Assembly: GCF_006345805.1 (NCBI RefSeq)
Contig: NC_043005.1
Coordinates: 107,756,001-107,820,000 of the forward strand
Source of the DNA: Octopus sinensis
Lineage: Eukaryota
Direction: 5' to 3'
DNA length: 64,000 nucleotides
In this document: piece after piece, positions 27,501-41,300 of the stretch
Layout of the letters: each line of letters starts with the position of its first letter
How positions within the stretch are numbered: position 1 is the stretch's first letter
Translations under genes and position numbers: made by a program
The notes under the pieces: model-generated
Database searches by the model: none
Told to the model about the DNA's origin: nothing
The model's input: only the letters and a program-made list of their open reading frames with translations

Positions 27501-28049
27501 TACTCATAACAAAACAAAATTAAATATCAATTAAGAGTATGCATGTGTATTCGTGGGTGAGTGTGTGTGCGTGTGTATGCGTGTGTGTGTGTGTGTGTGT
27601 GTGTGTACGTGTGTGTGCATGTGTGAATGTTTACTTTGTGCGATGTGTTTACATGAAATCACTTAAGCAAAAACGGTGACACTATGTTGATAACTGCTTT
27701 CCGAGTGCTTTAAAGACTGAAGGAAAAATAAAACATCCCCTACTTGCACACATGTAAGGGTCAGCATCAGGAAGAATATGGTGCTGTAAAATCAGGGATC
27801 AAATAATATACCTTTGTGAAACATATGGTAGCCTGGAAAAATTGGCATAATAGAATATGAGCAAAATATTAAGGAATATTTGTATTTATATTTAGATTGT
27901 GTGCCTGTGTATTGTCTGTATATGCGTGTTTGTGTGTGTCAGAGTGAGGGAGAGTATGTATATATGTATGTATGTATGTAATGTATGTAATGTATGTATA
28001 TATGTATGTATGGAAGTATGTATGTATATATATATACATACAGACAGAC

Positions 28050-28216
28050 GCCATGATAGATCGTTAGCCACTACATACATTTTTTCTCTCCTTGTTTTTC
28101 TGTGTCCCTTTCTGTAGAAGAGCGTAGGCTCGAAACGTAAAAGACTTTTTCTATTCCTGAGCGTTATACTAATACATCTGTTTGTTTTGTACACCACCTC
28201 TCTTCGTCTTTTTTTT

Positions 28217-28225
<9 letters not shown>
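28050..28225 (+). mobile_element. Penelope pLTR (family D) with hammerhead-like motif at 28108-28143
   Basis: Homologous to the pLTR after the Penelope RT (43088-43278); cttt CTGTAGA a gagc-gtag-gctc GAAAC GTA aaag. Confidence 0.8.
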
Positions 28226-28301
<76 letters not shown>

Positions 28302-28724
28302 GTGTATGTATGCAAGAATTAAGGCTTCACACCCCACTTTGCAGGAACACTTGTCCCTTGATATTTGATACTTTCTTCTCCACTATCTATTTGTTATTCA
28401 ACCATCAATGGTTCCACACTTAAGTGTTCTTGCCAGTGAGCCAACGAACTTCACCAATTTTGTCTATTGATTAGTCATGGCTAATTTCCTACTACTTCCA
28501 CGCCTGATATCTTTATAGCCATTATTGGATTCAGACTGATTATTCAATTCAACCATATTAAAACCAATTGTAACGACAAAAATGGTAACTGGTTGCAAAG
28601 ACTTTTTGATTTTTTGAACTGTTAACCTTTTGACCCCAGTTTTTTCTCTCCTTCTTCATAACAAGGTTTTTTGTTTTTCTATTTTGTGAGTTCTTTTTCC
28701 TGCTTGTATTTTATTTAGCTGTAC

Positions 28725-28760
28725 CTTATTATTATTATTATTATTATTAGTAGTAGTAGT

Positions 28761-28814
<54 letters not shown>

Positions 28815-28891
28815 TGACTTTTCTCTTCAAGTTTTGTTTAGATTTAGCTTATTATATTTTATTGTATTATTTTATTATTATTATTATTATG

Positions 28892-28922
<31 letters not shown>

Positions 28923-28946
28923 CGACTACTACTACTACTACTACTA

Positions 28947-28981
<35 letters not shown>

Positions 28982-29045
28982 TACATTTTTATTTATTATT
29001 ATTATTTGTAGTAGTATTGTTGTGGGTGTTGTTGTTGTTCTTTTG
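28725..29045. repeat. (ATT)n/(AGT)n/(ACT)n trinucleotide tract
   Basis: Directly visible. Confidence 0.95.
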
Positions 29046-29464
29046 TTTGTCTTCAATCAAGAGAAGTGAGGAAGAGAAATGATGTGAAAAGACCTGAACA
29101 TCAAAATAACAATACAGCCTCATCTCAAAAATATTGAACACTCTTCTTTTTTTGCAAGGGGGATGGTGGTGATAATGGTAGTGGTTGTGGTGGTGATGGT
29201 GAGTTGGATGATTGGACAAATTCAATTATTCTCACAATTTCACTTCCTCATACTGAAAATATACACGCCTCTGTGTGTGTATGTGTGTGTGTGTCTGTGT
29301 GTCTGTGTGTGCGTGTTTGTGTATATGCTTGTGTTCAATTTTTCAGGGTGGGAAGAAGTGTACAGATGTGTGTGTGTATATAAGTATATGTATGCATACA
29401 TCTGTATGTATGTATGTATGTATGTATGTATGTATGTATATATGTATGTATGTAAATATGTATG

Positions 29465-29501
<37 letters not shown>

Positions 29502-29610
29502 ATGTATGGATGTATGCATGCAAGAATGTATGTACGTATGTATGTATGTGTTTGGGTGTGTGTTTGGGTATGCATGAGTGTGTGTGCGTGCTTATGTGTA
29601 TTAATCTGTA

Positions 29611-29652
<42 letters not shown>

Positions 29653-30168
29653 TTATGGATGTATATACTAAAGATGTTGGACAACGCTTCTATATATTCT
29701 GGTCGGTCAATCTCCTTTAAATGTTACCTACACAACACAGTTCCTGCATTATAGTAATTCAGATTGAATTTCTGGATTAAATGAGTAGTTTAGAAAGATC
29801 TAAGGTTCTTCAATTTCGTTATTTGGAACAATTGCTACACTCTCCTGACAAATATAGAAAAAAAAACATGTAAATAATAATCATTATACACACTTACATG
29901 CATACATATATGTAAGTACATATTTATGTCTGCATATATGTGTGTATGTATGTATCAGCATCATTTTAACATCTATGCTTTCATGCTTGCATTGGTTCTA
30001 GAAAAACTATGTTGGAGTAGTTTTCTATACTTGGATGCCTTTCCTAGAACTGATTCTCACCTGCCTGCTTTGAAGCAAAGTTATAGCTGCTTATACATAT
30101 ATACATATATACATACCGACATACATATAACATAGATAGATAGATAGATATACATATATATATATATA

Positions 30169-30219
<51 letters not shown>

Positions 30220-30222
<3 letters not shown>

Positions 30223-31262
30223 GTCAGACATGCAGGATGTAAATAGACATCTTAAATTTTGAAAGTTTTTGATCTAAGTGTCTTGATATGTTTTCAGCGG
30301 TGTAGAATTTACAATGCAATTATTCTTTTTCATTCCAGGTGCCATTCTATTAAACGTTTGTGAAGAGTAACCATGAGATGAACAAAAAAAATAGGAGAAC
30401 TGTCAGATTTTCTAAGAGGTCGTATTGTTGGGCAATCTGAGGCTGGTCTTAGCCAGCAAAAATTTGACGAAAATCTTTAAATTCCTCTTGCTACTGTTAA
30501 TAGAATTGTAGTGCAATTCAAAATCCAACTTAAAGAATCAACAGATTCTCCTACGACCTGAGCCCCCGGAAAGGAAGCTTCGCCGTTTGAAGAGAATTGT
30601 GGAAAACAAACCCTGTTTGAAGGCCTCTGACTTTGCAAAACAGCTAGAAGTTAGTCCAAGAACATGTGTTACATAACTACATAAGCTTGGATATTATGGA
30701 TGAGTAGCTAGAAGAAAACCTCTCTTTCAACCAATTAATATCATGAAACGAAAGAAATGGGCTAAGGAGATGTCAGAAAAATCCAGTTCATTTTGGGATA
30801 GAGTGATTTTTTCAGATGAATCCAGTTTTGCATTATTTTCAGACGGTGGACGTGTTTGGATCTGGAGGCTTACCAATCAAGAATTTGATTTGAAACGACT
30901 CCAACCAACTGTGAAAGATGGCAATATCTCTGTAATGGTATGGGGGACTGTCACCAGCAATGGTCGTTCTGAGCTGATTGAATGTGTTGGAACCATAAAT
31001 TCTGAAAAATACATCGAAATACTTAAGCAAGGAATACTTCTGATGTATTCACATGATATCATAATGAGAAAGGAGTTTTTATTCATGGAAGATGGGGCTC
31101 CATGCCACACAGTGAAAAGGAATCAACAATGGCTGATTGAAAATGTAATCAAAAACCATCCTTGGCCGTGCCAATTTCCTGATATGAACCCAATTGAAAA
31201 TCTTTGGAGCATACTAGACAGGGCTATACGAAAAACTCGACAGAACCCTAAAACTAAAGATG
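30220..31262 (+). mobile_element. Tc1-like (DD34E-type) transposon with 3'-truncated transposase pseudogene
   Basis: ELSDFLRGRIVG near 30397. ORF 30743-31339 has VIFSDES, PTVK, VMVWG, EDGAPCH and PDMNPIENLW. Stops occur upstream. Confidence 0.92.
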
Positions 31263-31396
31263 GTTTTGATTCTGTGAAAGACCAGCTTTTTAATCATACA
31301 GTCATACCTGAACCTACATATATGAGTGTCTGTATATAAGAGTATATATTCACAAACACGCTTACATACATGAATGCATACATATATATAAATATA

Positions 31397-31460
<64 letters not shown>

Positions 31461-31463
31461 TAT

Positions 31464-31494
<31 letters not shown>

Positions 31495-31563
31495 CACATA
31501 CATATAGATATATATATATATATAGATATATATATACATATAGATATATATATATATATATAT

Positions 31564-31631
<68 letters not shown>

Positions 31632-31934
31632 CATATGCATACATACGCATATACTGTTAGCTAAATATTATGTATAACCATATTCTAGGATAAAATCTGT
31701 GATTAATGACTGCCTCTAATAGGTTCCCATGATGACAAAATTTGTAAAATTATTTCAAGACCAAAACTCCATTTCTTAAGTATCATCAGAAATTCAAATA
31801 AAGACACAACTGGATGAGTGAGCAGAGAATCATACCTCAACTTGCGTATACTTAACTTTCTCTGCCTTTACAAATGAAGAATTAACAAATTTGTTGGTAT
31901 TTCAATGCAATCAACATGCATTATATTTTTTATT

Positions 31935-32215
31935 CTTTTCTTGTTTTAATCATTAGATTACAGGTATGTTGGGGCATAGCCTTGGAGAATTCTTAGCGAA
32001 ATGAATTGAACCCAGTGTCAAACCACTAAGTTACGGGGATGTGAACACACTGATACCAGCTGTCAATCAGAAGTGGGGAACAAATACAGACACAAAGACA
32101 CTCATTGATATAAATAGATGTATATAGCACAGGCTTCTTTCAGTTTCTTTCTACCAAATCCAAATCCACTTATAAGGCCAACAGCGTAGCAGAAGACACT
32201 TGCCCAAGATACCAA
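31935..32215 (-). mobile_element. SINE family A, old diverged copy
   Basis: accactaagttacgggga...cttctttcagttt...ctaccaaatcc...agaagacacttgcccaag. Confidence 0.75.
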
Positions 32216-32444
32216 GCAATAAAAGCCCTCTATCTATTTGTCATTTCAAGATGCCAAAGTCTTGGCTGGCATTTGAAAGAAAGAAAGTATCTGTACATCA
32301 AATTTTATAATGACAAATGCTTGCACTACACAAGTACCAAACTCTAAAAGTTCGAAATGAGTAGAGCCATAAGAAACTGAGTCGTGAGGTTGCTCTTCAG
32401 TATAAATACCATCTTTTCTTCATCAGCATATATATATATATATA

Positions 32445-32858
32445 TACTCTTTACTCTTTACTCTTTTACTTGTTTCAGTCATTTGACTGCGGCCATGCTG
32501 GAGCCCCACCTTTAGTCCAGCAACTCAACCCCGGGACTTATTCTTTGTAAGCCCAGTACTTATTCTATCGGTCTCTTTTGCCGAACCGCTAAGTGACAGG
32601 GATATAAACACACCAGCATCGGTTGTCAAGCAATGCAAGGGGGACAAACACAGACACACAAACACACACGCATATATATATATATATATACATACGACGG
32701 GCTTCTTTCAGTTTCCATCTACCAAATCCATTCACAAGGCTTTGGTCGGCCCGGGGCTATAGCAGAAGACACTTGCCCAAGATGCCACGCAGTGGGACTT
32801 AACCCGGAACCATGTGGTTGGTTAGCAAGCTACTTACCACACAGCCACTCCTGCGCCT
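32445..32858 (-). mobile_element. SINE family A, full length
   Basis: Runs from the repeated tactctt(t) tail to head cagccactcctgcgcc. Confidence 0.93.
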
Positions 32859-32869
32859 ATATATATATG

Positions 32870-33095
32870 ATTAATAAAAAAAAACAAGAGGAAAATAACA
32901 ATATGAGGACGAGGTACATGCTAAATACCTCGTCCTCACATTGTTGTTTTTCTCAGATACTCAGAGAAAAAAAGAAAGGGGGTTTTATGTTTTGAGCAAA
33001 GCTCTCCTTCAGAAGAAGGTGACAGAGGAAATTCCAAGAGTAAAGGAAGACGGAGGAAAAAAATCGCCAACAATTAACATGTAGTTACATTTTAA
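32870..33095 (-). mobile_element. Penelope pLTR-like relic (family E) with degenerate hammerhead
   Basis: Shares ggaagacggaggaaaaaaatcgccaaca with 47468-47650; reverse complement reads ctgaagga gagctttgctc aaaacat. Confidence 0.55.
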
Positions 33096-33373
33096 AATGT
33101 ATATATATATATATACTCAAACATATATATGCATATATAACCTATTGGGTGGGTTTTGTCTCTCTTGGGTTCATGTACCGTTTAAGAGATATATTTCACA
33201 CTGCAGGATAACCAAATTGCAAATCTGAAACACTCACCAAATAAATCTGAAGGTTGTGCTGCTTTAGTTCACAAGGACTCGAACACGAACACGTATTGGT
33301 TTACACGGTTACTAGTAGCATGTTTGACTATGATATGTCTAACCAGTCTATACAAGCATATGTGTGTGTATGT

Positions 33374-33429
<56 letters not shown>

Positions 33430-34390
33430 CATATATATATACTCACACATACGTGTACACACACGCATATATGTATATATGTACATATATATATATACAC
33501 AGATGCAAATAAAGTAATATATATATATATATAATATATATATGACTAAATCTATGTACATGTATACATGTATGTATAATTATACGAGCACACTCATTCA
33601 CACACACGCACACACTCACATGCTCAGATTTATGCTAATGTGAGTAGAGTGTGAATGTATATGTATACACACAAAAAAAATTATGCGAAATATTGTCTTT
33701 CTAAATGTGTTATCAGATAAAGAAAACATAGAAAAAAAACAGAACAACAAACACACACACGCATAAACACACACACACATATATAGATGCATACCCACGC
33801 ATACATTCAAAGAAATAATATTATTTGAGGTGTTCATCAAATAAAAGCGAAATATTTTCAGTGTGACACACAGACAGACTTCAAAAATGCTAAAAGTAGA
33901 AAGCAAAATAAAACAAATTATTATGTTTGTTCACTTATAATATTTTATAATCATCAACTTCATGGTGTATTTATATATTATTTGTATTGTATGATATTTA
34001 TATTTCTGTTTGTTTGTACATGAGAGTATATGGGATTGAATGCACTTGGGGTATGTATGTGCATTTATATGTATGCATTCGCGTATGACATAAATATTTT
34101 TCTATTTATGCAAATGTATATATAATATATATGATATACACACATGCATATACAAGTATGTTATTGCAGCTTTCTTGAAATACATACATTTATGAGTGTT
34201 GTTATCATTATTATTATTAGTAGTAGCAGTATTAGAGTGTATCTGACCAAATGTATGTGGTGATGCGTGGATATATGCAAATATATTCATCAATTTATAA
34301 ATATATATATATATATATATTCATCAACATATATATATGTTTATATATATGTATATATATATACATATATATATATGTATATATATATAC

Positions 34391-34474
<84 letters not shown>

Positions 34475-35027
34475 GTATGTATGTATAAATATGTGCACAC
34501 GTTGTTCAGAATATATGCCAAATGTTTTATCATTTTTAATACTACCATAAATATATATGTGAGTGTGTTTGCGTGTGTGTGTGTGTGTAGAAATTGAAAG
34601 AAATGTATGAGCCCAACCCACCACACACACGTGGGTATATATACATATATATATATATATATGAACAAATACAAATGCATTAACCACAAAATTGTCCGTA
34701 AAATCCCAATATACAGATCAGCATAAAATTCTCAAGTCCATTTGATCAAAGCCTGAATTTTGGTCAATACTAGAACTGCTCAAAGTTCTACAGATAAATC
34801 TGAACTTTTGTGTATTTTTCATTCTCATTCTTGCATGAAGATTGAGTAAACGTCATAAACACCCACACAAGCACACACAAGCACATAACCATATCTACAA
34901 ACGTGTATACACACATGCAGACACACACACATATATTCATATATGCACATATATGATCATGCACATACTTAAATACATTCGTATACAAATATACATCCAC
35001 ATATAATCATCAGTGTGTGTATGACTG

Positions 35028-35059
<32 letters not shown>

Positions 35060-35233
35060 ATATATATCTGTGTGTATATATATGTATATATATATAATAT
35101 ATATCTGTGTGTATATATATATATATGTGTGTATATATATATATATGTATATAAATATATATCTGTGTGTATATATATATATATTATATATATATATATA
35201 TATATAATTATATATATATATACATATATATAC

Positions 35234-35324
<91 letters not shown>

Positions 35325-35344
35325 AATAGGGAGAATTTACGAAA

Positions 35345-35386
<42 letters not shown>

Positions 35387-35847
35387 TTGAAATATATATG
35401 AAGTGATGCAAAAGAGAGTGGAAGGTGGAAGGAAGAGGGTGCCGGTGAGATGTAAGATGTGATAGAGTACTGATAGAGATATGCATTAAAAATAAGAGCG
35501 GAATATCTAAATCTTGCACAACAAATAGAACCATTTCATTTTCGAACAATTTCTATTGAAATAAGGAATTATGTTGGTGTTTGCATATTTGCATATTCCC
35601 CAACCTAGTTTTTATGTCCCCGATATCAATGTGTGTATACAAATATATGTGTATGTTTATGGTGTATATGTTCAGTTGTCTGATTGCCTGTGTATGTTTG
35701 TATGCGTATGTTTGCTTTAGTGTGTGTATAAAGTATATATTAATTGACATGTATATGTGAGCAGTGAAAGTTGAAAGAGAAATGGAATTTTATATGCGTG
35801 TGTGTGTCTGTGTTTGTGTCCATATGTACGTGTGTGACTCTATTTGA

Positions 35848-35895
<48 letters not shown>

Positions 35896-35914
35896 ATTCT
35901 TTTATTCATTCACA

Positions 35915-36130
35915 CTTTTTATATTTTTTCTGTTTCAGTCAATGGGCTGTGGCCATGCTTGAACACCTACCTCCATATTTCTTCTTTTAAGATGGGTCCT
36001 TATTCAATCGATCTCGTTTGCAGTGCACCAAGTTGCAAGGACCCACAAAAGTCAATAGCAGGTGGGAAGCAGTGTTGGAGACAAATACAAAGACACGAGC
36101 ATGTGCATGCACACACACACACACACACAT
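35915..36130 (-). mobile_element. SINE family A tail relic
   Basis: tgtttcagtcaatgggctgtggccatgct...acaaatacaaagacac. Confidence 0.55.
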
Positions 36131-36298
36131 GCACACAAAATAAATAAATAAATATGGTGTGTGGTAAGAAGCTTGTTTCCCAACCACATGGTTCTGTGTT
36201 CCAAACCACAATGTGCCACTATCTGGTGCCTTGGGCAAGGGTCTTCCTCTGTAACCTGTGAGTGGATTTGGTAGATAGAAGCTGAAAGAAACCCATCG

Positions 36299-36345
<47 letters not shown>

Positions 36346-36434
36346 ATGTGTGTGTGTGTGTGTGTGTTTATGTATGTATTATGTATGTATGTATGTATGT
36401 ATGTATGTATGTATGTATGTATGTATGTATGTAT

Positions 36435-36707
36435 GAGGTGCAATGGCCCAGTGGTTAGGGTAGCGAACTCGCGGTCGTAGGATCGCAGTTTCGATTCCCA
36501 GACCGGGCGTTGTGAGTGTTTATTGAGCTCCACAAGGCTCCGGCAGGGGGGGGGTGATCCCTGCTGTACTCTTTCACTGCAACTTTCGCTCTCTCTCTCT
36601 TCTGTTGGCCTGCTCACTTAGCCAGTGGGGTGGCATCATTTGAAGGCGAAACAATGCGAAGCGCATGGGAACAGCGATGTGTAGCAACATCTCATAGCCT
36701 GGGCTTA
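36435..36707 (+). mobile_element. SINE family C (tRNA-like head gaggygcaatggcccagtggttaggg), copy 1
   Basis: A box tggcccagtgg and B-box-like gtttcgattcc; nearly identical to 36883-37157. Confidence 0.85.
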
Positions 36708-36733
36708 TATATATATATATATATATAATATAT

Positions 36734-36792
<59 letters not shown>

Positions 36793-36882
36793 TTATGTAT
36801 GTATTATGTATGTATGTATGTATGAATGTATGTATGTATGTATGTAGTATGTATGTATGTATGTATGAATGTATGTATGTAT

Positions 36883-37156
36883 GAGGTGCAATGGCCCAGT
36901 GGTTAGGGTAGCGAACTCGCGGTCGTAGGATCGCAGTTTCGATTCCCAGACCGGGCGTTGTGAGTGTTTATTGAGCTCCACAAGGCTCCGGCAGGGGGTG
37001 GGGGTGATCCCTGCTGTACTCTTTCACTGCAACTTTCGCTCTCTCTCTCTTCTGTTGGCCTGCTCACTTAGCCAGTGGGGTGGCATCATTTGAAGGCGAA
37101 ACAATGCGAAGCGCATTGGGAACAGCGATGTGTAGCAACATCTCATAGCCTGGGCT

Positions 37157-37157
<1 letters not shown>
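36883..37157 (+). mobile_element. SINE family C, copy 2 (tandem duplicate)
   Basis: Near identity to copy 1, including the flanking microsatellite order. Confidence 0.85.
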
Positions 37158-37189
<32 letters not shown>

Positions 37190-37652
37190 TATATGTATAT
37201 ATATATATGTGTGTGTGTGTGTGCGTGTGTATGTGTGTATTTGTGTCTGTGTTTGTACTCCCATCACTACTTGACAACCAGTGTTGGTGTGTTTATGTCC
37301 TTGTAACCTAGCAGCTCAGCAAAAGAGGGTGATAGAATAAGTACTACGTTTAAAGTATAAGCCGTTGTGTCGATTTATTCAACTAAAACACTCAGGGTGA
37401 TACTCCAGCGTGGCCGCAGTCAAATGACTGAAACAAGTAAAAGAATTAAAAAATATATAGCAGGGTATGCACACAGTTTTCATTTAACAAATTCCCTGTC
37501 TCAGTATGGGTTGGTCTAGGGCTATAGTAGAATATACTTGTGGGTGATACAGCGCAGTTGGAATAAAATGAAAATCACGTGGTTGTAGATAAAACTTCTT
37601 AACACAGCCTGGTCTGCATTTTTGTGTATATATAGATAATACATATACATAT

Positions 37653-38063
37653 ACTCTTTACTCTTTTACTCGTTTACTTGTTTCCGTCATTTGACTGCGG
37701 CCATGCTGGAGCACCACCTTTAGTCGAGCAAATCGTCCCCAGCCTAGTACTTATTCTATCGATCTCTTTGCCGAACCACAAATTTACGGGAACGTAAACA
37801 CACCAACATCGGTTGTCAAGCGATGTTGTGTGTGTGTGTAGGGGGGGGGGAACAAACACAGACACACAAACACACACACATATACATATACAAATACATA
37901 TATACGACGGGATTCTTTTAGTTTCCCTCTACCAAATCCACTCACAAGTCCTCAGTCGGCCCGAGGCTATAGTAGAAGACACTTGCCCAATGTGCCACGC
38001 AGTGGGACTGAACCCGGAACCATGTGGTTGGTAAGCAAGTTACTTACCACACAGCCACTCCTG
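37653..38063 (-). mobile_element. SINE family A
   Basis: Full head-to-tail match to other copies. Confidence 0.9.
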
Positions 38064-38071
38064 TATATTTC

Positions 38072-38263
38072 TTTTATTCTTTTACTTGTTTAAGAAATTT
38101 CACTGCGGCCGTGCTGGAGCACCGCTTTTAATCGAACAAATCGATCTCAGGACTTATTCTTTGTAAGCCTAGTACATATTCTAGCCGGGTTTTTTTTGCC
38201 GAACTGCTTGGGACGAGAACACACCAGCATTAGTTGTCAAGCGATGATGGAGGTGGGGAACAA

Positions 38264-38294
<31 letters not shown>

Positions 38295-38420
38295 GGACGA
38301 GCTTCTTTCAGCTTCCGTCTACCAAATCCACTCACAAGTCTTTGGTCGACACGAGGCTATAATGGAAGACACTTGCCCAAGGTGCCACGCAGTGGGACTG
38401 AACCCGGAACCATGTGTTTG
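38072..38420 (-). mobile_element. SINE family A, 5'-clipped, in tandem with the previous copy
   Basis: Same body; ends at aacccggaaccatgtg. Confidence 0.88.
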
Positions 38421-38624
38421 GACTGAATGAATTTGAAACTCTTCAGACGTAGATCGGTAGAATCTTAACCAATTCCATTTGTGGAAGAATTGACTTTTCT
38501 TTTGTTGTCAGGAATATTTCAACTTATAGAAAATTTGCCTCTTGATATTCCACGCTTATCCAATACTTGAGAAAACCAATGAAGATGTGTAGATTCTTTC
38601 TGACTATTATAGTCGGGCGCAAGT

Positions 38625-38835
38625 CGGCGAGCTGGCAGACTGGTTAACTTCTCGGGCAAAATGCTTAGCGGTATTTCATCTGTCTGTACGTTCTGAGTTC
38701 AAATTCCGCTGAAGTAGACTTTGCCTATTATCCTTTTGAGGTTGATAAAATAAGTACCAGTTGAGTACTGGGGTCGATGTTATCGACTTACTTATTCCCC
38801 CGAAATTGCTAGCCTTGTTCTAAAATTTGAAATCA
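38625..38835 (+). mobile_element. SINE family B
   Basis: ggcgagctggcaga...ttctgagttcaaattccg...gataaaataagtaccagttgagtactggggtcgat. Confidence 0.88.
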
Positions 38836-38963
38836 CTATTATGGCCTGGCGTGTTTTGTTTTGGAAGACTTCTTCAACAAAGCTCCATTACTTGAGAAGT
38901 TGCCAAATGCTGGTGACAAGAAGCTTTAAAATCCCGTCTCTGCTACCGTCTAATGCATGGCAG

Positions 38964-39262
38964 CAGTGGTGGACTGGCCAGGTTACCAACTTGGCGGATG
39001 GCAAGTGGGATTCTACGCCATTAGAATCCATATATGGAGGTCCATGTTAGTATCTAAGGGGTCCATCTCCTCAAGATAGGAATTTTTTAATTCACTCCTG
39101 GAAGAATGCATTAATTACTTCAGCCTGACTGTGTTTGTAGACAGTTGAAAAGAAAACTTTTAACAAAAAAAACAAAAAACAGATAACTAACAGCATTGTG
39201 TGTTGCGGGTGGGCCCCATTAGTCTCCTGGCAACCAATACTTTTAGACCCAGTCTGCTACTG
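38964..39262. mobile_element. hAT-type MITE relic
   Basis: Imperfect TIRs cagtggtggactggc / cagtagcagactggg (11/15 match); flanking 8-mers catggcag and cgtggctg (6/8 match) fit a decayed 8-bp TSD. Confidence 0.55.
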
Positions 39263-39487
39263 CGTGGCTGAATCGAAAAGGGGTATTAAATGAATGAACG
39301 AAAGAAATACTTATTTTGTTCAATGTAAAGTAGCACTGAAAAAAGGAATTTTAGTGAGGCTGATGATCAGCGTTAAATGTAAGCGACAACTCTTGTTAAG
39401 TCAGCTGTGAGCATATCGTCAAATATTAATATTTCAAAATATAAAAATGTTATAAAGTTTTAAATATGTAATAAAATATAAACTAGA

Positions 39488-39888
39488 CTAGCAGTATCGC
39501 TCGGCGTTGCTCGGGTTTTGAAATCACATTCACTTAAAAATCACATTGAAATCACATTCACTTAAAAATATTACTAAATGATTAGATTGTCTTTAACAAA
39601 AGAGAAAATAGAAACATTTTTCGTTGTCCAGTCACTGTATAGTCGAAAGGTAAGAGTTACGTCCCTTGCAGGATCAAGTTAACTTCGGAAACTTTTCCTA
39701 TTATGCACCTTTTGGGGGTATTTATACCCTGCAAACCCTTACTATCTTCACAACTTATCGCGGGTCACATCCTCACCACGCATTTATTATCCCTGCCAAT
39801 TTTCAGCTCGATCCTAGCACGTCTGGGCCATTGAATCCTTACCAAAGCCAAAGTGTGAGAGTTTTTTTTCCTCTTTTATATAAGTAGA
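39488..39888 (-). mobile_element. Non-autonomous Helitron-type element
   Basis: Minus strand begins TCTACTTATATAAAA and ends with a GC-rich hairpin (cccgagcaacgccgagcg) followed by atactgCTAG. The same 3' end recurs at 53094. Confidence 0.65.
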
Positions 39889-40182
39889 ATAGAAATCATT
39901 GATAATGAATATAAAGTAAATTTGTAAATATGCAAATTGCTCAGCTACAATTCAAATTTCCGTATTGAAAAGATACAATGTAATTGAATAAAAATGTCTA
40001 GTACAATGTTGCACGTCGAATTTGATGCCAAGATGATGTTTGTGACAAGATCCTTAAACGGTAATATGGGCAAGTGCTGAACGTCTCACATTTGTCTGTT
40101 GCTAGAAAGCTTTTTAGTATAATGCCCTTCGCTGTATTAAGGGAGTCTGTATTTTGCGCTAAAGTTTATGCAAGGTCAGCAT

Positions 40183-40597
40183 CTCTTTTTACTCTTTACT
40201 CTTTTACTTGTTTCAGTCATATAACTGTGGCCATGCTGGAGCACCGCCTTTAGTCGAGCAAATCGACCCCAGGACTTATTCTTTATAAACTTAGTACTTA
40301 TTCTATCGGTCTCTTTTGCTGAACCACTAAGTTACGGGAACGTAAACACACCAGCATTTGCTGTGAAGCGATGTTGGGGGGAGGGGGACAAACACAGACA
40401 CACAAACATATACACACACATACATATATATATATACATATATACGACGGGTTTCTTTCAGTTTCCGTCTACCAAATCCACGCACATGGCTTTGGTCGGC
40501 CCAAGGCTATAGTAGAAGACACTTGCCCTGGGTGCCACTCAGTGGGACTGAACTCGGAACCATGTGGTTCGTAAGCAAGCTACTTACCACACAGCCA
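40183..40597 (-). mobile_element. SINE family A
   Basis: Full match to other copies. Confidence 0.92.
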
Positions 40598-41300
40598 CAT
40601 GATATTTCAGAAACTGAAGCAATAGTCGTTCAATTATGTTTTAAGTTATCTTTCAGTCATGCCAACAGAGATTTTGACTGATGCTGTCTTTCGTGTTGGC
40701 CTCTCTGAGAACTGAGTCATGTAAAATAACCTTTGTCTTGCACGTTCTGTTTATAGTCACAATCCCATATAAATTTGATACTTAAAGCTTTCTTAATTTT
40801 CCGTGTTCGTTTATATCAAAAGCCTTCACTCTCATTCGTGTTCATATATAACTTGGATGCGTATATATAGAGTCGAACTGTTGACGTAATCTTAATGCTC
40901 CGGTGATCTGATGAACTAGCTTTATTCACAGTAATTAGTGAATATAGTTTCTTTGTATAATACTGTTCATACATATTAATGCAAACATATACACAAAATT
41001 CTTCGACTAGTGAAATGAATACTACACCAAGAAGATTGCGTAATTATGTGGTTAAATAAATAAATACATACTCAGATTTCAAACCTCCTGACTTCGATTA
41101 ATCACACTTTTCAATCTTTCTACATATCATACCAGATTACTTGCTTCTGACCTCGAAATTTATCAATATTTTCGATTTCACTTCCATATTTCTCATGTGG
41201 TCCGAAATTATAAATAGCTGCCATTAGAAATAAATATTATTTTAAAGAAAGGCAGTTGTTGTTGTTGCTACTGGTAATTTATTTGATCTTCTGACGCACA

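Larger units (their letters stand above)
36152..37445 (+). mobile_element. SINE family A interrupted in its internal microsatellite (head 36152-36300, tail ~37230-37445)
   Basis: Head and tail halves flank two family C copies. Confidence 0.75.
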
